Positions 27,523 through 38,038 of a DNA stretch of 64,000 bases are shown piece after piece. Position 1 is the stretch's first letter. Each line of letters opens with the position of its first letter. The stretch spans positions 384,387 through 448,386 of the forward strand of contig JBFIJM010000001.1 in assembly GCA_041600715.1 (NCBI GenBank), in the 5' to 3' direction. The position numbers were made by a program, and so were the translations under genes. The notes below the pieces were generated by a model. The model was given only the letters and a program-made list of their open reading frames with translations, made no database searches and had not been told where the DNA came from. The stretch is from Candidatus Saccharimonadales bacterium (GTDB lineage: Bacteria > Patescibacteriota > Saccharimonadia > Saccharimonadales > 2-12-FULL-41-12).

Positions 27523-29301
27523 CTACTGGCTTTGAGGCGCTCGACGAACTGTCCATTTGTGAACTTCGCTGTATCTATCTGCTTGACTGTGTACTACTTT
27601 AGGTTCGAACCCTCTTAAAGAGTTATTAGCAATGTATAAATATCGCGGTTGATACAAAGCCAATGCTGGAGTATCTTTCTGCCAGGATTCCAAGAATGGG
27701 CGGTACTTTATGCTACGGAGAGCCTCATCAGAACGAGTTCGACCAGCTTCGAGCGCTCTATCAGCGGTTGGCGATGAATACTCACTCAAATTGAGTCGCG
27801 TCTCTGCCCGAGGATCAAACTGGGTGCTATGCCAATACGGATACACATCAGGGTCTAACCCAAGTGAGATACCGTACAAAAGGGCATCGTAATTATGAGT
27901 CGTGACACTTGCTTGCAATTCTTCATCAGACTGTAACACGACCTCTACTTCTACACCTAAGTCTCTCCATTGCTTCTGAAGAACGCCACTGACACTAGTA
28001 AATTCGCTTGTAGAGGCACTGAAGAGTTTAAAGCCAAGCTTTTTTCCATCCTTACTGCGTGTTTTTGTAACCGGATCGCGCACCCATCCTGCTGAGTCAA
28101 GTAGCGCGTTAGCCTCAGTCTGATTGTTAGTAATTTGTGCATAGGTCTTGTCGTACCCTATCTGCGACTTGAGTAATGGCTGATCCACTGGCTTAAGCGG
28201 ATAATCTAGTCTTTCAAAAATTTCACTTTTATTAGCTGAGAGTACTAAAGCTTTTCTTATTACTGGATCTTTAAGTGTTTCCTGAGTTGTCTTAAAGAAA
28301 ACCATTACTTGGCTAGTGACTGGAATATCATATTGTTCAGAGCGAGATTCGTCGATGTCTTCAGGGGGGGCACTCAGACCTGACATAGTATCCACTTCTT
28401 TATTTTGAAATGCCTGGACCAGCTTATCGGCATTTGAGTATGTTCTAATTATAATTCGCTCTAACTTTGGTGTGCCCAGATGGTACTGAGTGTTTGCAAC
28501 AAAGGCTATGCGCTCACTTTTATTGTCAGCCAACCCCTCTACTTCGACTGTTTTAAAAGCGAATGGTCCGCTACCTATCGGAAGTTCGTTATTAAAACTA
28601 CTAGCACGCAGTTGACTTACAGGCACTTCATCCAATATGTGTTTAGGAATAATACCGGTTGTCAGAGACTGATTAAAACCACTTAGTGCTGTGGGTAGTG
28701 TAAAACTAATAGTTTTTTCATCAATAATAGTTATTGTGATGTTTTTCCAGCCTGATATTAAATACGACCGAGCGTCAGGGTTCTTAATTGTATTAAAAGT
28801 GAACGCGACGTCTTCTGAAGTAATAGGCTTTCCATCATGCCAATAAACATTATCTTTTAGTCGGACTGTGTATACGGACTCTGTGTCATCTACAGATACT
28901 TCTCTAGCAAGATCAGGGACAATCTCTCCGCTTTTATCGTATTTTAATAGCCCCGAAAACACGATTCTGGAAACAGCTCCATCTACGCTATTTTGAGCAT
29001 ACAAGGGATTAGCATTAGTAAACGTCCCGACTATGCCTTCGCGTAGCGTACCTCCTGCTACTGGCATTACCTGCTGGTAGTGGGAAGACAAGGCGCGAGT
29101 TTGTAGAACTACACCAAGAATTAAGAGAACAGCAAGCCCAAGCCAGCCAAAAACAAATCGCTGTACTCCTACTAATCTTATTAACCTTTTAAAGACATAA
29201 CGTTCGATACCGCTGTCGGTTGACTCGCTAACTAAAGCAACCTGTTTGCGACGTTTCTTGAAAACACGGCGCAACTTTAGTCGCGTTTTGCGTATTTCCA
29301 C
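27523..29301 (-). CDS. family-5 (peptide/nickel, OppA-like) ABC substrate-binding protein, N-terminally anchored
   Basis: 592 aa; TM anchor FVFGWLGLAVLLILGVVL; typical SBP_bac_5 body; no permease or ATPase genes nearby. Confidence 0.7.
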   Translation of the reverse strand: MEIRKTRLKLRRVFKKRRKQVALVSESTDSGIERYVFKRLIRLVGVQRFVFGWLGLAVLLILGVVLQTRALSSHYQQVMPVAGGTLREGIVGTFTNANPLYAQNSVDGAVSRIVFSGLLKYDKSGEIVPDLAREVSVDDTESVYTVRLKDNVYWHDGKPITSEDVAFTFNTIKNPDARSYLISGWKNITITIIDEKTISFTLPTALSGFNQSLTTGIIPKHILDEVPVSQLRASSFNNELPIGSGPFAFKTVEVEGLADNKSERIAFVANTQYHLGTPKLERIIIRTYSNADKLVQAFQNKEVDTMSGLSAPPEDIDESRSEQYDIPVTSQVMVFFKTTQETLKDPVIRKALVLSANKSEIFERLDYPLKPVDQPLLKSQIGYDKTYAQITNNQTEANALLDSAGWVRDPVTKTRSKDGKKLGFKLFSASTSEFTSVSGVLQKQWRDLGVEVEVVLQSDEELQASVTTHNYDALLYGISLGLDPDVYPYWHSTQFDPRAETRLNLSEYSSPTADRALEAGRTRSDEALRSIKYRPFLESWQKDTPALALYQPRYLYIANNSLRGFEPKVVHSQADRYSEVHKWTVRRAPQSQ

Positions 29302-29315
29302 GTCCTTCTCCTTCC

Positions 29316-29531
29316 CTAGGCCATCACGCCGAATAACAGTGAGAAGGCAAAAATTACTGCCATGATAACTGTAATTTGGTGGATTGTTTTGTCTGTACCA
29401 CGACGGACTATATTCATCTCACCGCCACCACCGCCAAGGCCTGCTCCTAGTCCAGCCCCTCGAGTCTGCAATAAGATAAGTATAGTCATTATGACCATTG
29501 ATGCGATTGTAATATATCCAAATATTGTCAT
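29316..29531 (-). CDS. secG: preprotein translocase subunit SecG
   Basis: MTIFGYITIASMVIMTILILLQTRGAGLGAGLGGGGG. Trimmed to ATG 29531 (GGAGG Shine-Dalgarno, ATGA overlap with the upstream stop). Confidence 0.8.
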   Translation of the reverse strand: MTIFGYITIASMVIMTILILLQTRGAGLGAGLGGGGGEMNIVRRGTDKTIHQITVIMAVIFAFSLLFGVMA

Positions 29532-29893
29532 GAATCCTCCAAGATTGTAACTACCAGATAGTTTACCAGTCCTATGATCATACCTGCAAGCATTGCAAAC
29601 CAAAAGTTAGTCACTTCTAAAGAACTATAGAGCACGCTCACCAGTAATACCATTAGTCCGTTTATGACAACCATGAATAGTCCTAGTGTTAAAAATAATG
29701 CTGGCAATGATAAAAATATAACCAAAGGCTTTACTAACATATTTACCAAAGTGAGGATTAGGCCAGCAACGACTATTACCCCTAGACGGTCACCGTATTG
29801 AATATGACCACCAAGTAACCCAGAAGCTACCCATAACCCCAGACTTGCTATAGTCCACTTTATTAGAATATGTCGTAAGATCTTTTTGCTCAT
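29528..29893 (-). CDS. DUF360 / phage-holin-4-like small membrane protein
   Basis: 121 aa, 4 TM, LVNMLVKPLVIFLSLPALFLTLGLF typical of the YvlD/DUF360 family. Confidence 0.65.
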   Translation of the reverse strand: MSKKILRHILIKWTIASLGLWVASGLLGGHIQYGDRLGVIVVAGLILTLVNMLVKPLVIFLSLPALFLTLGLFMVVINGLMVLLVSVLYSSLEVTNFWFAMLAGMIIGLVNYLVVTILEDS

Positions 29894-29896
29894 TAG

Positions 29897-31153
29897 TTAA
29901 GAAATTACCTTAATATTTTTTGGGATAGCCTTAGACAAATTCTCTGCGCCATCACTAGTTATTAGTATATTATCCTCAATTCTTATTCCAATTCCTTCTT
30001 CTGGAATATAAATTCCCGGCTCCACAGTTAGCACCACGCCTGCTTCAAGTTTGGTTTTGTAGTCACCTACATCATGAACATCAATTCCTAAATAGTGAGA
30101 GGTGGAGTGAGGAAAGTACTTACGTACAGATTTCTGTGAAACTACTTTTATCAGCCCGAGTTTCTGCAGAGCTTTACCCATATAATTAAAGACCGCCTTT
30201 TCGTAGGTAGCCAAGTCTAATCCTGGTTTCAATTGTGAGTAAGCATAGTTATAAACATCTATAACAGCGTCGTATACCTGTTGTTGCCGTGCAGATGGAT
30301 TACGCACAATAGTACGCGTAATATCTGCGGAGTATTCACCGTCTCCCAGTCCTACATCAAGTAAAGTAAGTTTTTCATGATCAAGCGGACTATTATTACG
30401 GTCGTAATGTAACGTCATTGCATTGTCGCCGTTGGCTATGATCGGTTCATAACCAAAGTTTAGGCCCTTTAAAATCGCTTGTTTGTGAAGCTCTGCGAGT
30501 ACATCAGCTTCATTGATTGCCTCGTCGAATATTCTATCCAGTTCGACTAATACAGAATGGGTACTATTAATGGCCGACCGAATAGCCCGAATTTCGGCTT
30601 CCTGCTTTACTCTACGTAATTCTGCCATCACTTCACGTAAATCATCTAGGATTAAATCACTTCTCAGCTCTAATATTATTGATTTTAGGTGTGCTCGAGA
30701 AGGAGAAGTAAACATATGCATTTGTGGTATATATTCTGGTGGAGACTCTAACGTTGCTATCCGCTTACTTTTTAAGAGCAGTTTCTTTAATCGACTCCAA
30801 CCTTCTTTGGCAGAATAGATTGTTTCAATGCCAGATATACTTCTTAGCTCATCAGATGATACTGAACCATCAAATAGATCTCGGATAGGGTCTGTTTCTG
30901 GGCAGATTATATATTCGTCATCTCCGTCTATAACCAGCACCAGGCTAGGGCTTTTGAGACCAGTCAGGTACCAAAAATTTGAATCTTGCTTGAATGGATA
31001 ACTGGAATCGGCACTTTTTTGGATTAATGAATTACCAGCAATTACAATCGGTCCTTCACTTTTTCTTGCATGGCACAGTCGTTTTCGGTTTTCTGTAAAA
31101 AATCGAGAAGTAATGCCTATCTCTTTTTTTATTGTCTGCGAATTCACATCCAT
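29897..31153 (-). CDS. pepP: Xaa-Pro aminopeptidase (M24B)
   Basis: HSTSHYLGIDVHD and EPGIYIPEEGIGIRIEDNILIT metal-ligand motifs. Confidence 0.85.
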   Translation of the reverse strand: MDVNSQTIKKEIGITSRFFTENRKRLCHARKSEGPIVIAGNSLIQKSADSSYPFKQDSNFWYLTGLKSPSLVLVIDGDDEYIICPETDPIRDLFDGSVSSDELRSISGIETIYSAKEGWSRLKKLLLKSKRIATLESPPEYIPQMHMFTSPSRAHLKSIILELRSDLILDDLREVMAELRRVKQEAEIRAIRSAINSTHSVLVELDRIFDEAINEADVLAELHKQAILKGLNFGYEPIIANGDNAMTLHYDRNNSPLDHEKLTLLDVGLGDGEYSADITRTIVRNPSARQQQVYDAVIDVYNYAYSQLKPGLDLATYEKAVFNYMGKALQKLGLIKVVSQKSVRKYFPHSTSHYLGIDVHDVGDYKTKLEAGVVLTVEPGIYIPEEGIGIRIEDNILITSDGAENLSKAIPKNIKVIS

Positions 31154-31155
31154 TG

Positions 31156-31908
31156 CTAGTCTTGGATGTCCAACTTCAAGCCACTTATAAACGTTGGTGC
31201 CCAGTTTTCTTTATAGGCTTTGTTAGAAGGATGAAAAATATCCGACGCCATGGTGAGCAGACCAGAGTTAGATTTAACTTTGTCGTGTAGTGGGACTAGT
31301 TTAAACCCGTGCTTTTTAGCCAGTCGATACATGATTTCGTTAGCTATCTCAACCTTTGGCTGAACCTTCCTAAATCTAGTACCTCCAAAATATGGGACAT
31401 CTGATATCACCGATTGAGGAGGAAGTTTACTCATTATTTCATCCATCTCTTTTTCAAACTTTTCTGGCTCAAAAACGAGCATATCATTTGCGCCAATTTC
31501 AACTGTTACATATGGTTCAGAATCAAAATTTAACTTTTGGAATGCTGGTAGTTGGGTGTCAATAACATCTTTTAGTTTTGCGCCACTTTTGCTTAGATTG
31601 ATTGTCTGGACGTCTTGGCCTAACTGCTCTGAAAGATGTGCGCCAACTATTCCCACATATCCCTTCTCAGGTTGAGTTGCGCCAATACTTTGCCCCGCAG
31701 AGTCTCCAAAAGCTACATATGACTTCTTACTTAAATCTGCTGACGCATTCTGCACTGTCCAATGATTCTTGTACCGTGAAAGTTGGCTGTAGAGTTCTAT
31801 CAAACTTATTGCCCATAGTAAAATTAGAGTAACGACGACGATTACAACTCCACTCAGTACTGTTCGTATGTTTTCGTTCATTTGCGCGACACCCCTTTGT
31901 ATCTTCAT
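31156..31908 (-). CDS. SGNH/GDSL-family hydrolase, N-terminally anchored
   Basis: VAFGDSAGQS block I, GANDM block III, DIFHPS block V; ATGA overlap with the uvrC stop. Confidence 0.7.
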   Translation of the reverse strand: MKIQRGVAQMNENIRTVLSGVVIVVVTLILLWAISLIELYSQLSRYKNHWTVQNASADLSKKSYVAFGDSAGQSIGATQPEKGYVGIVGAHLSEQLGQDVQTINLSKSGAKLKDVIDTQLPAFQKLNFDSEPYVTVEIGANDMLVFEPEKFEKEMDEIMSKLPPQSVISDVPYFGGTRFRKVQPKVEIANEIMYRLAKKHGFKLVPLHDKVKSNSGLLTMASDIFHPSNKAYKENWAPTFISGLKLDIQD

Positions 31909-33485
31909 AATACAGCATCCTTGCTATCGCCATATTTCAGATCACGCTTAATCGGTCGCAGGTACTGTTTCAGTATTACTGTTTTTTTGGCGCCAATTAC
32001 CTTCTCTAATTCCCAATCTCGTGCTTGCATTACGCCACGTAAACTACCGAAAGTTTTTAATAGTTTTTTCTTAGTGCTCGGACCAATTGTCGGTATTTCA
32101 TCTAAGACGCTGGTTGACTGTCTATTTCTCCGTAGTGTTGAGTGGTAGCTAACAGCAAAACGGTGACTTTCATCTCGAATTCGCTGTAAGAGTTTTACTA
32201 AATTAGTATTGTGAGGAATATTTACCAGAATATAATCTTCTGATTCGGTACAATATCCACCTAAGGTATTTAGCATTTTTTTATTAAGCTCGACACCTGA
32301 ACGACCCTTAGCAATTACAATTTGCTCTTCGCGCTTAGCCAGCCCTATGAACGACCGAGTATTACCGAGTTCATCTCTTGCTGTCAGTGCTACATCGAGC
32401 TGTCCTTTACCACCGTCGATTAGCACTAGATCAGGAAGACCCCACAGCTTGACGTTTTTTTCACTAAAGCGACGACGGATTGTTTCGTTCATATTGTAAA
32501 AGTCGTTATTATGATCCTTTTTAGTCTTAAACTTACGATATTCGCCCTTGTTACTCACTCCATTAGTGAACACCACCATACTGGCTACCACGTCTGTGCC
32601 CTGCATATGACTGACATCATAACCTTCGATCCTGCGCGGATATGCAGACAGGCTTAGCAGGTCAACAAGCTCGCTCAATGCGTGGTCTTTGCTGATGTCC
32701 ATAAATTCTTTGTCACTAAAGACCACTTGTTTATTAAGGTTCTTAAGGTGTGCTACCTGATTTCTACGCTTAGCTGCTAACTCAAAAAGATGCTCCTTAG
32801 CAGCTTGCTTCATTTCTTTCTCTAACTCTTTGATCACCGCAGACCGTTTGCCTTCTATGACTGCAATCATCTTTCTAAGGTTTGACCGATACTCGCTTAG
32901 TGTGGTTTTGCCTTCTTCTAAACCTGGGTCAAGACCTAGATGATAATGAAGTGTCGCACGCTTTTGATGTGGCATTTTGCGAGTAGCATACGGGAATATT
33001 TTACGCAGAATTTTTAGTGCCTGCCGAACGCTCATTGTACTCAGATAGGGGCCGAAGTAGCGTGCTCCATCATCCAGTGGACGTCGTGTTGTACTAACGG
33101 TGGGATAGTCACTGTCAAAATCTATACGAATATAAGCCATCGACTTATCATCTCGTAGCAATATATTGTACTGAGGCATATAACGGCGGATCATCTCGGC
33201 TTCAAGAAAAAGCGCCTCAAGCTCACTCTCAACGACCATCCAATCTGTATCTGTAATTTCTGCGACTAGGGCTTCTGTCTTGGGATCACGGCTACGTGAT
33301 TTTTGAAAATACTGCCGGACGCGATTATTTAGTTTGGACGCCTTCCCGACATAAATAATCTGTCCTTTAGAATTTTTATGAAAATAAACCCCGGGTTCCC
33401 TAGGTAGCTGTTTCAACTTCTCTGAGAGAGTTTGTTCCACGCCTAAACCTGCTGAGCTTTTGGCTGGTTGGTACAATTGCCACAA
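31905..33485 (-). CDS. uvrC: excinuclease ABC subunit C
   Basis: GIY-YIG (GVYFHKNSKGQIIYVGKA), UvrBC region, RNase H-like domain and HhH. The true start is probably GTG 33440, just after the trhO stop. Confidence 0.9.
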   Translation of the reverse strand: MWQLYQPAKSSAGLGVEQTLSEKLKQLPREPGVYFHKNSKGQIIYVGKASKLNNRVRQYFQKSRSRDPKTEALVAEITDTDWMVVESELEALFLEAEMIRRYMPQYNILLRDDKSMAYIRIDFDSDYPTVSTTRRPLDDGARYFGPYLSTMSVRQALKILRKIFPYATRKMPHQKRATLHYHLGLDPGLEEGKTTLSEYRSNLRKMIAVIEGKRSAVIKELEKEMKQAAKEHLFELAAKRRNQVAHLKNLNKQVVFSDKEFMDISKDHALSELVDLLSLSAYPRRIEGYDVSHMQGTDVVASMVVFTNGVSNKGEYRKFKTKKDHNNDFYNMNETIRRRFSEKNVKLWGLPDLVLIDGGKGQLDVALTARDELGNTRSFIGLAKREEQIVIAKGRSGVELNKKMLNTLGGYCTESEDYILVNIPHNTNLVKLLQRIRDESHRFAVSYHSTLRRNRQSTSVLDEIPTIGPSTKKKLLKTFGSLRGVMQARDWELEKVIGAKKTVILKQYLRPIKRDLKYGDSKDAVL

Positions 33486-34333
33486 TGTGTTTTATGGCCA
33501 ATGCAAGCTTTGCAAATTAAGATCAATTTATTACATAGCTTGTCTGCGCAGTTTTCATAATTGCTTGTCTTTCCTTTGCAATGAACGCACTCACCAATAT
33601 CAACGCTTTTATCCGAGAATTTTTGGTTCATACGTTTGTCAAAAATATATAATGAACCTTCCCACAATCCTTCGTCACCGTACTTTTCGCCGTATTTAAC
33701 AATGCCCCCGTCCATCTGGTATACATCCTTAAACCCTCGGTTTTTCATGAGCACGCTTAGAGCCTCGCAACGAATACCGCCCGTGCAATAGGTAACAACA
33801 GGCTTGTCTTTTATCTTGTCGTATTTGTCACTCTCTAGTTCTTTAATGAAGTCACGAGTTGTGTTGGTATCTGGCACAACCGCATTCTTAAACTTGCCTA
33901 CTTTCGCCTCATAAGCATTACGTCCATCGAAAAACACCACATCGTCTCCGTGCTTTTCAACAAGCTCATGGACCTGATGAGGTTTCAAATGTTTCCCACC
34001 GCCAATAACGCCTTTAGTGTCCACTTTTATTTCATCTGGCCTCTCAAATGCTACTAGCTCTGGACGCACCTTGATACTTAGCCTAGGGAAATCTTCATCG
34101 GCGCCGTCGCTCCATTTGTAAGTGATCCCTCTAAATACCTCAGACGCGTTCATGTCACGTTTGTACTGCCTTAAAGATTCGATGTTGCCACCAAGCGTAC
34201 CATTGATGCCATGTTTACTTACAATAATACGACCCTTAAGACCAAGACGCTGACATAATTCGCGTTGCCATAGCATAGTCATTTTCGGGTCATGCACGGG
34301 CACGAATTTATAGTAGAGTATTACCTTTTTCAC
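33443..34333 (-). CDS. trhO: rhodanese-domain UPF0176 protein / tRNA U34 hydroxylase
   Basis: ILYYKF... N-domain, rhodanese active-site loop YCTGGIRCE, C-terminal Cys cluster. Confidence 0.75.
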   Translation of the reverse strand: MKKVILYYKFVPVHDPKMTMLWQRELCQRLGLKGRIIVSKHGINGTLGGNIESLRQYKRDMNASEVFRGITYKWSDGADEDFPRLSIKVRPELVAFERPDEIKVDTKGVIGGGKHLKPHQVHELVEKHGDDVVFFDGRNAYEAKVGKFKNAVVPDTNTTRDFIKELESDKYDKIKDKPVVTYCTGGIRCEALSVLMKNRGFKDVYQMDGGIVKYGEKYGDEGLWEGSLYIFDKRMNQKFSDKSVDIGECVHCKGKTSNYENCADKLCNKLILICKACIGHKTHCGNCTNQPKAQQV

Positions 34334-34459
34334 TACTGTTATTATACCACATTTTTATTCATGTCGTTTAGATGTTTCTACTATCCACTGCCCTGCTGTA
34401 GATTTGACCTTGGATAATTTTTGACAGCTCCCGGTCAACACTAAACAATAGATAGAATA

Positions 34460-35404
34460 ATGGAGAAGCCTCACAATTCCCCAGAACATCAAACACGTCA
34501 TTTTTACGCACGTCATCAATTAACATTAGTAGCGACCTTGAGCGGTGCTTTAGCCTTAGCAAATGTCGGATTTAGTGCTCAATCAAGGGCTTCAGAACGA
34601 AATTTTCTGCCGTTTTTACATGATACTCAGGAAACAAATCCACCAACCGATCAAGCTCCCGTTCCAGAAAGTCCATCACCGGAGCCATTTGCTCCTACAC
34701 CGACATATAATCCCCCTAAACCAGAACATAGGGAGCAGAAACCAAGCGAGTATGGTTGCACGTCTATCAGGGATTCAAAAGATGGTCGATATTATGGTCT
34801 TGCCTGTAAAAGTGGCGGTGATAAATTTACTCCAATCGGTGAACAAAAATATGAAGACAGACCATATGGGGTTTTTTATATAAAACATCAAGGCATTTAT
34901 ATGTGCGGTTACGGCAACGATGTCCTTGATCATAAGCCTAAATCCAATCTTCCGAAAACCGTCGGATCCTATTGTGTCAGGGCACAACCAAGACTAGAAA
35001 ACCGGAACAGCTATTTCACAGACCATAATTGTAAGTTAATTAAAGGCACATCGCGGGATAGTTGTAGTGACGGCAAGGAAATTGCAATAAAAGAGTCTTG
35101 CACAGGAGCAAAGCGTCGTCTATATGGGTTATTTATACCGAGCAGAAAAAGCGTACTGAATGTTCTGGGTAAAAAGGTGAAACATCCTTTTAGCCGACTT
35201 AGGAGCGAGAATACTAATGTGAAAAATGTCTTTTACCGTTTTGAGGTTAAGTCACCGGCAAGCTGGCATGGTAAGCAAATAAAATCTGCCGTAGTAAGAA
35301 CTCGTGATGTAGATGGAAATTTAGGCTGGGGCCACAAGAGGAGTGAATGCATACCGAAACACGGTAGAAAAGGCGGTCCCCCAGCTCGAAACCCCAAGAC
35401 TTAA
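34460..35404 (+). CDS. secreted Cys-rich hypothetical protein
   Basis: Signal-like LVATLSGALALANVGFSA, Pro-rich linker, then a roughly 220-aa basic domain with about 11 Cys; no family recognised. Confidence 0.6.
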   Translation: MEKPHNSPEHQTRHFYARHQLTLVATLSGALALANVGFSAQSRASERNFLPFLHDTQETNPPTDQAPVPESPSPEPFAPTPTYNPPKPEHREQKPSEYGCTSIRDSKDGRYYGLACKSGGDKFTPIGEQKYEDRPYGVFYIKHQGIYMCGYGNDVLDHKPKSNLPKTVGSYCVRAQPRLENRNSYFTDHNCKLIKGTSRDSCSDGKEIAIKESCTGAKRRLYGLFIPSRKSVLNVLGKKVKHPFSRLRSENTNVKNVFYRFEVKSPASWHGKQIKSAVVRTRDVDGNLGWGHKRSECIPKHGRKGGPPARNPKT

Positions 35405-35416
35405 TAAGATTTATAC

Positions 35417-36193
35417 TTAGTTTTTACGGACAATGAGGTGGAGCATTTGCGCCATACCAACACAAGATGGGTCTTTTCCAGCTTCTCGTTCAATATCAAG
35501 TAAGACCTTCAGGTCTCGTTCACCGAAGTCTTTCACTGGTTCGTTAATGCGGTCTGAAACCACCCTTACCCCAGCTAACAATGTAACCTCCGAACCTAAA
35601 GAACGAAGCAAATCCTGTAGCTCGTCGGGTTTAAATGCAGTTACTTCTCTATTATGACGATTAATAAAACGCCCTGTATTTTTAAAATACTCAATCGCGC
35701 TAATATCACCACTTGCTACAACTCTCTCAGCGGCAGCGCCCCAGCCCTTTTCAAGTACCGATAAATACCCGCCACTACGTACGTGAGACATTGCCTTTTT
35801 AAAATAATCAGAAGGCTCTGACTGATACATTGCAACTCCGTGCATGGTGACTAAATCAAAACGTCTCTCTGTCTGGTAGTCTGTGAAATTCATTTGTAAC
35901 GGATCTGTTATGCGTGCTCTGATACCCGGTTCGAGGGCTATAAACCGATTCCTAGCAAGATTTACTTGCTCTAATGAAGGCTCAACCATTGTCACCAGCA
36001 TACCTTTACTTGCTAACCAGGCTGTATCAATACCACTCCCCCCACAGACATCAAGCACGGTTCTTACATTCTTTGACTCGATATAAGGACTTAGGTTTTC
36101 ATGAGCTAGTGTGTAGCGTATAGCTCCTCTGGTATGTTCGCTGTAATTTAGGAAATCGTTAGAGATACCGTCAAATGATTCTGCTGTAGCCAT
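35417..36193 (-). CDS. class I SAM-dependent methyltransferase
   Basis: VLDVCGGSGID motif I. Confidence 0.7.
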   Translation of the reverse strand: MATAESFDGISNDFLNYSEHTRGAIRYTLAHENLSPYIESKNVRTVLDVCGGSGIDTAWLASKGMLVTMVEPSLEQVNLARNRFIALEPGIRARITDPLQMNFTDYQTERRFDLVTMHGVAMYQSEPSDYFKKAMSHVRSGGYLSVLEKGWGAAAERVVASGDISAIEYFKNTGRFINRHNREVTAFKPDELQDLLRSLGSEVTLLAGVRVVSDRINEPVKDFGERDLKVLLDIEREAGKDPSCVGMAQMLHLIVRKN

Positions 36194-36859
36194 TTACTCT
36201 TCTTCGGTGGCATCTGTCACAGATTCTTCTTCATTGGCTTCTGCTATAACCCCGTCAGCTTCATCTTGCTCTTTAAGAGCAGCGTCTGCGTCTGCAATCT
36301 GGTCACGTGGCATTTCTACTGAAGCTACTAATTGCTCGGTATCTGTTTTTATCGTCATTCCAGAAGGTGCTTTGATGTCTGCAACAGTTAGCTTATCCCC
36401 TGCCTCAGCTAGTACGGTTGCGTCTACTTCAATCACATCAACAAGATCTTTTGGTAGGGCTTCCACTTCTACGCTGTCTAGTCCATTTACAACTAATAGG
36501 TTCGCCCGTTCAGCAGGTATCTCGCCAACTAGTTTTACAGGGATCTGAGCCGTTACAGTCTCATTGGCTTTCACAGCCTGAAACACAGAATGATAAACTT
36601 TCGCACTCCCTGGCTTGTGAGTCACTTCTTTGATAAGAGTCGTGAATTTCTTTCCTTCAACATCAAGATCAACAGTGTGGTGCATTCCAGCCTTACGGTA
36701 AACTTTTACCAATTCTGGTTCATCAATCACAATATGATGCGATTCCTTACCATGATCATGTATAACAGCTGGCACATTACCTTCTGCACGCAGTGCATTT
36801 GGTTTAGCCCCTTGTAAATTTCGTTTTTTTGCAACGAGAGTCAGTGTTTCAGAACCCAT
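36194..36859 (-). CDS. rplY: 50S ribosomal protein L25 / general stress protein Ctc, acidic tail
   Basis: LRAEGNVPAVIHDHGKES... plus the Ctc-type C-terminal domain. Confidence 0.85.
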   Translation of the reverse strand: MGSETLTLVAKKRNLQGAKPNALRAEGNVPAVIHDHGKESHHIVIDEPELVKVYRKAGMHHTVDLDVEGKKFTTLIKEVTHKPGSAKVYHSVFQAVKANETVTAQIPVKLVGEIPAERANLLVVNGLDSVEVEALPKDLVDVIEVDATVLAEAGDKLTVADIKAPSGMTIKTDTEQLVASVEMPRDQIADADAALKEQDEADGVIAEANEEESVTDATEEE

Positions 36860-36923
36860 TCCATACCTCCAGATTTCAGATTTTCGTATTTATTATTATA
36901 CCACGATGTTATACTAATCCTCT

Positions 36924-37568
36924 ATGGAACTACTCGGTGCCTTCAATTTTCTTGATCCAGAAACGATTCTTACTAGCGGGGGGTTATTGTTAATAGCTTT
37001 TATTATTTTTGCCGAATGTGGCCTGTTGTTCGGATTTTTCTTTCCTGGGGATACCTTACTGTTCGCTGCGGGATTTTTTGCGTCCCAGGGTCAAGTCAGC
37101 CTCTTGTGGTTAATAGTGACTATCGTCGCAAGCGCTATTGCTGGCAATGCCGTTGGCTATGAAATAGGTAAAAGATCTGGACCTCGCCTTTTTACAAAGA
37201 AGGATGGAATAGTCTTTCGTGCTGAATACATAGAGCAAGCGGAAATATTCTATGAAAAACACGGGGGCAAAACCATTATTCTAGCGCGGTTTGTACCTAT
37301 AGTTCGTACTTTCGCTCCAGTTGTTGCAGGAATTGCCAAAATGAATATTAAGTTATTTACGTTTTATAATGTCTTAGGAAGTTTAATCTGGGGCGTGGGA
37401 GTTACGCTGGCAGGTTATTACTTTGGCAACCTCATACCAAATATTGACGCTTACATACTACCGATCATATTGCTTGCTATGACGCTAAGTTTCGGTCCTA
37501 GCCTGTACCATGTAATAGGTAACCCTTCAACCAGAAAGAAACTCTTAAAGAAACTTAGGAAACACTAG
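36924..37568 (+). CDS. DedA-family membrane protein
   Basis: FFFPGDTLLFAAGFFA and ARFVPIVRTFAP motifs. Confidence 0.85.
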   Translation: MELLGAFNFLDPETILTSGGLLLIAFIIFAECGLLFGFFFPGDTLLFAAGFFASQGQVSLLWLIVTIVASAIAGNAVGYEIGKRSGPRLFTKKDGIVFRAEYIEQAEIFYEKHGGKTIILARFVPIVRTFAPVVAGIAKMNIKLFTFYNVLGSLIWGVGVTLAGYYFGNLIPNIDAYILPIILLAMTLSFGPSLYHVIGNPSTRKKLLKKLRKH

Positions 37569-38031
37569 ATCTAGTTTTATCAATAGACACAACTCCAGCT
37601 AATACCGCAGCTCCAAATTGCTTACCTGTATAATTGCGTGTCTGTGGCTCTTTTATAGCGGGGTAAATAAAGTGTGTTAAATCTTGTTGACGCTCATATC
37701 CCTTCCAGAAAAATGCAGTTCTTTGTAGCACTTCTGAGGATGGATCTTCTAACACAAACTCATTAATGGACCTCCTGGCTAGTTCTATCCATCTAGGGGT
37801 TGCAAAAGGATGAATGACGGCTTCTTCCGTAGTCAGTTCATCCAGTGCAACTGCATAGAGCCCCACCTGCCTGATGCAATCTGGTCTTGTATCTTTGAGT
37901 TCCTCATCCCGGAAGCTCTCGCTTAACCTTGTTAATGCATCGTGCATTCTCGTTTCAATACCTTCAACCACAGTTTCATATGGGGTAGATTCAAAAACAC
38001 TATCTAATTCACGCAAAGAAGATCGTTTCAT
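37555..38031 (-). CDS. hypothetical cytoplasmic protein
   Basis: 158-aa ORF with no recognisable motif. Confidence 0.45.
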   Translation of the reverse strand: MKRSSLRELDSVFESTPYETVVEGIETRMHDALTRLSESFRDEELKDTRPDCIRQVGLYAVALDELTTEEAVIHPFATPRWIELARRSINEFVLEDPSSEVLQRTAFFWKGYERQQDLTHFIYPAIKEPQTRNYTGKQFGAAVLAGVVSIDKTRSSVS

Positions 38032-38038
38032 TAGTATA

